Assembly (NCBI GenBank): GCA_030265395.1
Contig: JARFYF010000056.1
Span: 6,308,360 to 6,371,831 of the forward strand
Reading direction: 5' to 3'
From: Rhina ancylostomus
Taxonomy: Eukaryota
DNA length: 63,472 nt
The notes beneath the pieces were generated by a model. That model did no database searches. It was not told where the DNA came from and worked only from the letters and a program-made list of their open reading frames with translations. Each line of letters starts with the position of its first letter. Position 1 is the first letter of the stretch. A program made the position numbers and the translations under genes. Of this stretch, positions 54,301 through 63,472 are shown piece after piece.

Positions 54301-56554
54301 TGTTCTACCTTCTATCACAAGTACACCCTTAGGTAGTTAGACCAGACTTGTATACAAGATTCCACAAGCTACCTCACAATGACTCTAATATAGTCTTTTA
54401 AATCAAATTTTAAAAAAAGTTGTTTTATTTTCTAATCGTATGTATTTATTTAGGAATAAGTTTATATGTTTTCAAACAAATCTGTTTGTAATTAAAATGC
54501 TGTACATTTTGAGGATTTGTAGAGATCAGATACATAGGTGTAANNNNNNNNNNNNNNNNNNNNNNGAAGTGATCATAGGTCATCATGTTGAAACATTAAC
54601 TCTATTCCTTTTTCCACAGATGCAGCCTGACCTGCTGAGCTTTTACCAACATTTTCTGCCTTTATTTCAGATTTCCAGCATCTGCAGCTTTTGACACAGT
54701 ATAATTAATTTACTTGGATTTTCTGTTATTGTAGATAATTCTAAGGCCTAATGAAAAGATGGCAGTGACTAAAAGTTAAAGGTAACATGCTGTTTCCATA
54801 TAGGCAGTGTACAGTTTCACAGCCAGCACCAGTACAGAATTACAGTGGTCAAACAAGTCTCAGGGTGAAAAAACATTCTGAAAGGAATTGTGCATTTGCA
54901 AGTGCCAGTAGAGCCCCATTTTCCTATATTCCAGGACCTTTCTGATCACAACGGCCATAAATCTGAATGAAATGGCTACCTGGTTTGATTTGGGGCTTTT
55001 AGTCAGTCAGGTTGTATTTAGGTCACTGATGCCTATAAATTCAACAGCTTTACTGGCAAACGAATGAACACTCTAATATTACAGGATCACACTGTTCATA
55101 AAAGTAATACCAGACTATCATCTAGAAGAGGCCTAGACTAATTATTTGTAATGAGAGTTCAAATCCCATCAACTAAATTTGAATATGTTTTAAAAAAAAT
55201 ACCTGAAAGTAGTCATGAAACTGTCAGCCTGTGATGCATCCTGCTGGTTAACTAATTGTGGAAGGAAACATCCTGCCCTTAACCTGGTCTGACTCCAATC
55301 CAGTGCTATCATTAGTTGGATCTTTAGGTTTAGCATTCATCCTTGGTTGCTTACTATAAACATCCAATATAATAATGCCTGGGCATTGTATTCTAAAGTT
55401 CAGTTCCACTGATTTTAGTAGAACTACATTTCGGAACTAGAATACAATTGTCACTGTATGGTTAGTGCTAGTGACTGAGGATCCACTTTTACCACTTAGT
55501 ATATATTTCCAGGTTATGTTTTGTTCATCACCATTCAAGTTTGCTCATTTTACTTTGGGAACGTTTACACGCATAACAAATCTTAAAGGTAATAATTTGA
55601 TCTTTTCAGAAAAGCAAAGTCCAGAGAATTGTTGTGTGGAAATGCAGCATTCTCAAATGGTTTGTCCAAAAAGATTTTATTTGAAGGTTTCAGAAAGCAG
55701 CAGGCCACTGACTGAATCTGTTGGTAGCCAATGTGGTGTGCTCAATTCCTGTTATTCATTTAACAGAGTGTGCACACAACTGAACCCTTCTGAATTGTTC
55801 CCTGTCTGTCACATTGCCTGAAAATGTGCCCTCAGTAAAGCACCTGTTCCAGTGGAGAAAGTGACTTCTGTTAATTAAAGGCACTGCAATACCTTATTGT
55901 GCTTCCATTCAGAGAAGGTTAGATAACAACCTCTCTTTTTTTTGTAGTGTTGGAAGAGTCAGAATTCCGGTAGTCTAGGTTAGGAAGACCATCGTTTTTA
56001 TTCCAAGATTTCTAAAATTAATCTAAGACATTGTTTTATTTATTTGTAATTTAACAGAAGTGCCTGCTGCAGGCTGACTCACAGACAGCAAGTTCAGGAC
56101 CTCCATATTAAACTGTACAAATGGGGAAATCCTGATGTCAGCTTGGCAGAGTAATGCTAATGAATGCCAATAGTTTTGTTAACGTTCCAGCAACAAAATT
56201 GAGACTGTTAAGTTGGGTCCAATAACTAGAGAGATGAAGCAAGTTGGTGGTTCAGCCATAGTCATTTACTGAAGTATTGATTTCATAAAATCATGGAAAA
56301 CACAGAGTGGAGCCACTTGGCCCATCTTACCTCTGCAGGTCAAGAAAGAGATCCCCAGATTAACATTGTATGCAATTCTAGCCTACCTCCGTACTATTAT
56401 AATCTGTGTCTTTCTAATAAAGGAAAGTATCACATATATTTTAACCACCTTATTGACTTGTGGAGCTGCCTTAAGGATTTGTGAACATGCACTCCAAGGT
56501 CCCATTGCCTCTGTACATCATTCAATTTCCTCCCATTATTTTATATGCCAAATG

Positions 56555-57025
56555 AAAAGCAAAAATTGCAGATGCTAGAAATAGAAAATGCCACCAGTAA
56601 CATTAACTCAATTTTTGTCTCTTCACAGATACTACCAGATCTGCTCCTTCAGTTTTCTCTTTTATTTCTGATTTCCAGGAAGAGATGTGTTCTGAATCTT
56701 ACAGTTCCAGTATTGTTTTTCTCACCTTTCTGCTGCCTTCATTCATCTCTCTCTGTTTATGTTCCTCTAGATAGATCAGCTATGATATACAAGCATTCAT
56801 TACCCTCTCTTCAATAGAAGGAACAACATTTGTTTCACCTGGACAGCCCATTACCAAAATTCTCTTTGTTCTCTCCACCTCTCCATTTTGACTCAAAACA
56901 CACCTGTTTTCTCACTTCTTACCGTTCTGATGAAAGATCATTGATCTGAAATGTTAACTTTGCTTCTCTCTTCATAGATGCTGCCTGACCTGCTGAGTAT
57001 TTCCAGCGTTTTCTATTTTTTCTGT
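56555..57025. mobile_element. Cluster of Penelope-like terminal-repeat fragments
   Basis: ttctgatgaaag...gaaatgttaac...ctctcttcatagatgctgcctgacctgctgagtatttccagcgttttctatttt. Same family at about 9900-9985, 19905-20000, 29630-29745, 37205-37330 and 54566-54692. Penelope assignment is from recall plus the hammerhead motif. Confidence 0.6.
56924..56958 (+). ncRNA. Candidate minimal type I hammerhead ribozyme motif (PLE-associated), possibly decayed
   Basis: GTT-CTGATGA-A-AGATC att GATCT-GAAA-TGTT-AAC: both core boxes, 5-bp stem II, 3-bp stem I (GTT/AAC) and a minimal stem III. Confidence 0.55.
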
Positions 57026-57099
57026 ATATTGCACTATCTTGTTGTACTTTCAAAGTTCATTACCCAGTACCCTTAAATTTCATTTACCATTTTCTGCCT

Positions 57100-57760
57100 A
57101 ATTGACCAGATTATTTTTCTAAAGTCCAAATTTTTCCTCCTCACTGTTACCACATCACACTGCCTCCTACATTTGGGTCTAAATCATTGATATATAATGC
57201 AGAAAACAAGGGATGGATTTCAAAACTGTGGAACCCCACTAGTAGCAGCTTTTCAGTTTCAGTCACAAAAACACCCATCAGCCATTTGCCTTGTTTCTTG
57301 CCACAGAGCTGTTTTTGAATCCAATTTGCCACTTTCCCATGGGCTTTTGCTCTGTTGATCAGCCTGCCATCTGAGACTTTGTCAAAAGGCTTGCTAAGAT
57401 CCACATAGACAACATCAGACATGCTGCACTGATCCATTCCCTTCTTACCTCCACATAAAATCCAGACAAATTAGTTGGGCACAACCCTCCCTTAGCAAAT
57501 CCTTGCTGGCTACCCCTTGATTCATCTTTGCCTATCTAACTGAAGGTTTGCTGTCCCTTCAAATAGATTCCAATAATCTGCACAACAGTGTTCAAAATAA
57601 GTGGGTTGTAATAACTTGGTTCATCATTTCCTCCTTTTTTTAAATAATGGTACAAAGTTAGCAGCTCTCCAATCCTCTGGCACCTCTCCAGGAGTTGGAG
57701 AGGAATGAAAAATAATAGTCGGATCCAACGACTTGCTGTACCCTCTCCAATGATGCAGTT
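57100..57760 (-). mobile_element. CR1-type LINE RT fragment
   Basis: Minus ORFs GEVPEDWRAANFVPLFKK and DVVYVDLSKPFDKVSDGRLI..KAHG.VANWIQ..LF..YINDLD. Confidence 0.9.
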
Positions 57761-60700
57761 TTTTGGACTTGAATGCATTGCGCTCTGTGACTAAATAACC
57801 TTCTGACACTCACTGTCCAGGTTGACACATGAAGAACACCCACTTAATGTGGTGTCAAATAGTTTCCAGTGCTGTGAAATCATATTGCTGTATCAGAGTA
57901 AGTCTTCAAAAGTGAAGAGGGGAATATTGTGGTGGGGAGGGAACCATTTCAGAACTCAATATTCCATATCTTCAATTAGCATGTGAATTCAGACAACGGC
58001 ATATGAAATGGACACCTTCCTTTTCCTCTAATGAGGTGAGGTGTTCTTGTTCGTAACTATAAAGGTCCGAATAAATCATTCTTAATTTCAGATTCTAAGT
58101 TAACTCTTTCTGATTGTCTTTCATTTCCCAGCTAATTCACAAAGTAACTTGTGAATTCTTCAGGTAAACCTCTTGTAACCACCTAAAGAGTACTATGGTT
58201 GTATCTCTGAAAATTTGTTGTTCCTCCTATATTTGTAAGCTTAGAATGCTGCAAAGCCAACTATTTGATCAAACTGGCTGTGTCTTATCTAAAAATTCAA
58301 AATTTTTGTATTGCCATATTTCCATTTTATATCTATAACAAAATGAACTAAGTATTGCAAAAACACCCTGTTTAAAACCAGTTCTGCCAGTTAAACTCTG
58401 GTTAGTAGCACAGGGAAACAGCTAAGTCTCCAATTTCAAAAGCAACAACATTCTTTGAGATATTCGTAGTAATTTGTTATGAAGGCCCAAACTATCATCA
58501 TTCCATTTTCCAGTCAGGAAATAGTCTGTGCAAATTTGGATCCTGCCCACTTTGACAGTTTAAAATTGTACTACCATTGATGCCAAAGCCTGATGAATGT
58601 TTTGAAACAGAAATGGGCAGACATCAGTATTAATATTACAATTACCATGGGAGTGGTAATAAAAACATGACCTGTTACAGGCAAACTGATAGGGCCTCCT
58701 CCATCCTGACAGTTTATTGATTGTATGATTTCTAGTTATCATATTCTTCCAGACAAATTCAACCTGGATAAAAAGTCTGAGTTTTCTTTTGTTGTCCTTT
58801 GAGAAATATTTGAAAAGAGTCTTCACAGTGTGTGGTGTTCCAGCATTTTTTCTTTGTAGTTGTGAGAGAAAAACATCAGATGATTGTCCTCCCTTCCTTT
58901 GCTCCAATTAAACCTTGCTTGTTAGTTAACCTCAAGGTAAACTCATCAAACAACTGATGTCAAGGAAACACTGCCCACAGTGGTTTGTATGAGTGGTCAT
59001 TAATTTTAATTGCCTTGATATTAAAGATTAAGAAGCACAGAGACTGGAGTGCTACAAAGGATCTGATGGCGTGCAAAGTCTCTCCTCGTATTTTAGAATG
59101 TGCTAAAGATATAAAATTTTAGTGCGCAGTCTGGAATTTATTACACAATGTGAATGGTAGCTGTTTCTTTTTTATCTTTGTGCATCTGTGAATGTTTGCA
59201 CAATATAGATACTTTAGTTATTAAATAGTCAATTACTGTTAATATGATTACCACAATAATTATGATAGATTTATGGCAGTATGGCTGTGCTCTTATAGAT
59301 TGTGTAGCATGTTTCTGAGTAATTATCTGTTGACAGTGCCTGGTAGCTTGTGATATGGCACCAAAGGTAAATAGCATCACATTAATTCTCTGCTGGTTAT
59401 AATGTGTTTTATTTTAACCTGCTGGTTTAAAATTGGTTTTGCAACAAAGATTTCCAAGTAGAATGGACCACAAAACACTGATGGATATATTCTCAAGTGC
59501 CCTGATAATTCCATGTACCATTGTGTTTTTCTTTTGAATTTTGATGTTATGGGATGCCTTGTTTGCTGAGGAGGAAGAGATAAAATCAGAGAGAGTTATT
59601 TTCTGATCTGTCTTATGAGACTTATAGTTTCTGGTTCTGTGAGGCATAATTTTAGGTAGAAGTTTAAGTTTCTTAAGAATGGAGAGGTTAGGGGTGGAGA
59701 AGTAGAAAAATTACAGAGACAAAAATTACAAAAAACATCACGCTACAATAGTTGTTCACTCTGATTGTAAGATTACCTACATTCTGAATGCAATCAGTAC
59801 ATTGTAGAAAACCTGGTGGAAAACAATATTAGAACCTATACTTGACAAGACACTGTATAATTGTGTAATAACCATGTTTTCCTCTCTGAATAGTATTGTT
59901 AACTCATTCTTTCAAATTAGCAAAACAACTTTGCAAATTCCCCCATCACATGAAATGAGTATAAGCAGCAAAATATTTCAGCCATAATTAGAACGTTGGC
60001 ATGAGTTAAATAAGATGTATATTCAGAACCTTACTGGGGAAAGAAGTACATATTTAAAGAAATGTAATGTTCAAAAATAGTTTGATTTAAGTGATGACAA
60101 AGTCTTCTTGGAGCTTGTCTCTGAATTTGTGGAATTATCTGAGTATGTTAAAGCCACAGAGTTGGTTTCCTCTCTGAATCACTCAGACTTTATTTCCTCT
60201 GGTCAAGCACTTCTTTCTCCATCTGTGTGCAGTTTCTTTGTGTACTCTTTTAATTCAGATAACCCATTTAAAACCCGGTGGCTAATGACTGTATTAAAGT
60301 AGAATTTTAGGTGAACTCATCCATATGTAGATTACCAGAGAAAAATAAACCAGCTTGCCATGCTTGCATTACAAAGGATTTTAATATTTTTCCCAATGTC
60401 ATTTACACGGCTGTAACCTTTAACTCAAGATAGAAATTTAAACACCATAAAGGCCATTTACTCCCCTGTCCTCCCCTTAGGTTAGCAGCTTGCTTTCAGT
60501 AACAATTGCAGAAATATTCCATTAACAACAGTAGTAAGATAAAGTATTTTACACTACACAGAGAAAATAACATTTTGGAGATTAACCAGCTCATGGGTGC
60601 ATGTTAAGATCTATACTCTTGTCACGTGAGTTCACATGAAATTTCTCAATCGTTCAGCCTGTTTCAGCAGTTTATAAACACCGTCTGACTGGGTTACTGC

Positions 60701-61523
60701 CCTCTGATCCTTTCATGGGTATTTGTTATTAAACTACATTTTGTAAAATGCAGTGAATAATATGTAACGTCCACAGCATTCATTCAGAACATACTGAAAA
60801 TTCAATTGCTCTCTTGCAGTGCTTTGTCCTTTGAAAATAATAATGCAGCATCATCCCAGCTTTGCCCCCTTTGGCCAGAGTATAAATGATTACTAACCAA
60901 TTTATAAGGATCCCTGCACAGGTTAATGGACACGGATTAGCCCTGGCAACACAGATCCTGATCTTACTATGTTCAAAGGGAGAATACAAAACACTGGTTC
61001 ATTTATTATTGATTTACATCACTCTATTCATATTCACCTAACTGAACATGATTTAAATTGTAGAGTTGCCAGGTTGTTCCAGACCAGAAACAAAGAACAA
61101 TGGCATTTCCAGGCCTTCTCGTCTTACCACTTCTCAAAGAAAAGAATGCACTTTGTATCCAGTTCAGTAACAATATTTGATTGGCAGGTGGTATTTAATG
61201 TACCAACAATTACTCCTTTATTATTAATGTTTTGGTGTCTTTTTGGATTTTTCTTCCAGTGTAATCACATTGGTAAACTTGAAGATGCATGTCGTGGTGG
61301 ATATTTAAACCCTTGAGTATCTGTTCTGTCAAGAGACAGACAGATTCATGTCATGCTACAATTCCTAATAACTTGCAACCTATCCTTGATTATTGCTTAA
61401 TTAGTCGAGATACCCACTGGAAAAAGTTAGAAAATTCAATTGTGATAGACCAGGGTGTGACATGTATGAGTAACCTTTGAATTCTTGGCAGTGCTCTTAT
61501 ACTTGGTTTTCTCCATTCCTCAG

Positions 61524-61794
61524 GTATCAAACTGGTTTGGCAATAAACGAATCAGGTACAAGAAGAATATTGGAAAGTTCCAAGAAGAAGCCAACCTATA
61601 TGCTGCAAAAACCGCTGTAAATGCTGCACACGCTGTGGCAGCTGCCGTTCAAAACAGCCAAGCAAACTCTCCCACTACACCCACGTCCNNNNNNNNNNNN
61701 NNNNNNNNNNNNNNNNNNNNNNNNNNNNNNNNNNNNNNNNNNNNNNNNNNNNNNNNNNNNNNNNNNNNNNNNNNNNNNNNNNNNNNNNCGTCCG
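61524..61794 (+). CDS. PBX3: PBX3 exon 6 (recognition helix WFGNKRIR and C-terminal helix); true length probably 166 nt
   Basis: Acceptor ctccattcctcag|GTA. Translates [56 protein letters not shown] 100-N gap (61689-61788) follows, then CGTCCG|gtaagt donor. Confidence 0.96.
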
Positions 61795-62337
61795 GTAAGT
61801 GGAAAGGTTCCAGAACATGGTGCAAAGTTTAGCTGTTTTGGTTTGCCAGAAGGCAGCATAATTTTACCAGAACAAAAAAAAACTTCTTTAACAAAAGGAC
61901 TGTTAAAAATTATGTTACAGTTGATGTTTAAAAACAACCATGGTTACCATGTTGTAAGCCCCAGCTTTAGAAATACAAATTAAAACTTTGCAGTGATTCT
62001 GAAAATAATAATCTGTCATCTCCCGATAAGGTAAGTCCCATGATGCCCCCCTAGTATGTCTCAAACTAAAGCCAGCAACCACACTTCAGATTTCACTGGT
62101 TTGGGCTTTGCAGGTCATTATTTGACAGTATAGAGATTTTTAAAACAAAAAGGAGCTCCTCATTCTGTAAGAATCTAGACAATTTTCTTAATGCTTTTCA
62201 TGTGATGGAAAGGCTGCTGTTTCTTTTCTGTCTGTTTCTTTATTTCTGTTTCTCTCTTGTGTGCTCTTTCTTTTGAGAACTTTGGGGAGAGATTTAAAGC
62301 CCTCTGTGATTCAGGTGCCTGACTCTTTCCTTTCCAG

Positions 62338-62450
62338 GTTCCTCTGGTTCTTTTAACCTACCAAATTCTGGGGACATGTTCATGAACATGCAGAATCTGA
62401 ATGGGGATTCTTACCAAGGGTCCCAAGTCGGAGCCAATGTGCAATCACAG
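62338..62450 (+). CDS. PBX3: PBX3 exon 7, 113 nt (cassette exon distinguishing a/b isoforms in other vertebrates)
   Basis: Acceptor ctctttcctttccag|GT, donor CAG|gtagga. Phase 1 translation (G)[37 protein letters not shown]. Not in the ORF track. Confidence 0.96.
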
Positions 62451-63472
62451 GTAGGAAGAATGGCCAATACCAGGGCCTAGGAAGCAGGGTAGGGCTTAGA
62501 CAGTAAAACTGCCTTACTCTGACCTATAGCCCTGTAAATATTCTGTACCTAAAGTACAGATTAATTAAATTATCCATTCGCTGCTTTGATATTATCATTA
62601 TTGTTTTGAGTCCGTTATTTGTGATGTTCCATGTCTGATTTTTTAAAACTATGTGAATGCAGTCGGCTCTGGCTTGAGCAATCTGGGGTGGGTGGAAAAT
62701 TGGCGAATTTGGTGATTGGTGTAAGCTTCTGCCATATTCATTCACAAACTTTCCTCTCATTATTTTCATGCCTTGTGTTTTTTGAATCCTGTTCCTTTCT
62801 TTCAAGATAAGAATTGTTCTAGGGGCTAGATGGCTTTGTCTACCAAAATATCACACACCTGGGAGAGGGTGAGGACCCACACTCACTAAAAAGTGTTGAG
62901 GCTTTTCCCTTTTTGCCCACTTAGATGGAGAGAAAGGCAGCATTCCAAATACAAAATGATTATTGTTTTATAAGTTAAACTGTTACTGATGTGGTACTTA
63001 AGTAAATGGCATGAGGTGAGTCTGGTACTAATATTTGAATAACATACTTATAGAAGTGGTTGGCTGTATTACAAGCAAACAGTGTAGTTTTTCACTGTTT
63101 GTCATCCTCAATGTAATCATTTCTGTAAAAAGTGTCAGTAAATGACTGCAGTTCTTGTTAAGGGTGATCCATTAAATTGTTACTGACAGACAGCATGCTG
63201 ACTGGCTGCAGACAGCCTTTGCCTGTAATTTATTTATTGGGTGCAAAAAAAATTCTAGAATCCCTATGGCAAAATTTGCAGAATTCAGTGCGGTATGTAA
63301 GCTTAGCCTGACATCTTTCAAAAACAAATTTTAACACACTGGGTGCCAGCTTAAAAATATTTAAAACAAACTGATAAATCTTCCTATAATGAAAGCAGGA
63401 TGGCAAGTTTGCACATCTCAATCTACTATATCATTTCCTGTAAGCAGAGGACAGCTCTTTCACATCAGGTCT

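Noticed and set aside
49019-61523. Additional alternative coding exon between exons 5 and 6
   Set aside because: No segment with convincing splice sites and PBX-like coding signal found by eye; cannot be excluded without RNA-seq.

Overview
AT-rich, CpG-poor vertebrate genomic DNA from a gappy draft assembly (many 10-N and about 100-N gaps). The repeat content (CR1/L2 LINEs, V-, Deu- and Meta-type tRNA SINEs, Penelope-like termini) suggests a cartilaginous fish, probably a shark or ray (inference). The whole window lies inside one + strand gene, the TALE homeobox gene PBX3. I reconstructed five coding exons (equivalent to exons 3-7) with canonical GT-AG sites and matching phases: 25071-25324, 39055-39245, 48883-49018, 61524-61794 and 62338-62450. 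The last is not in the ORF track. Exons 1-2 and 8 onward lie outside the window. Apart from these exons and a few LINE-derived ORFs, the ORF track looks spurious. I found no evidence of a new multi-gene system. The most notable signals are intronic: an approximately 76-bp inverted repeat whose substitutions are almost all G-U compatible on the sense strand, a near-intact minimal hammerhead-ribozyme motif in sense orientation, palindromic Pbx-Hox/Meis motif clusters (possible autoregulatory enhancers), MITE-like hairpins, and two assembly gaps that falsely interrupt exons. Repeat family names, paralog sequences and exon lengths are from recall, not from database searches; repeat boundaries are approximate.
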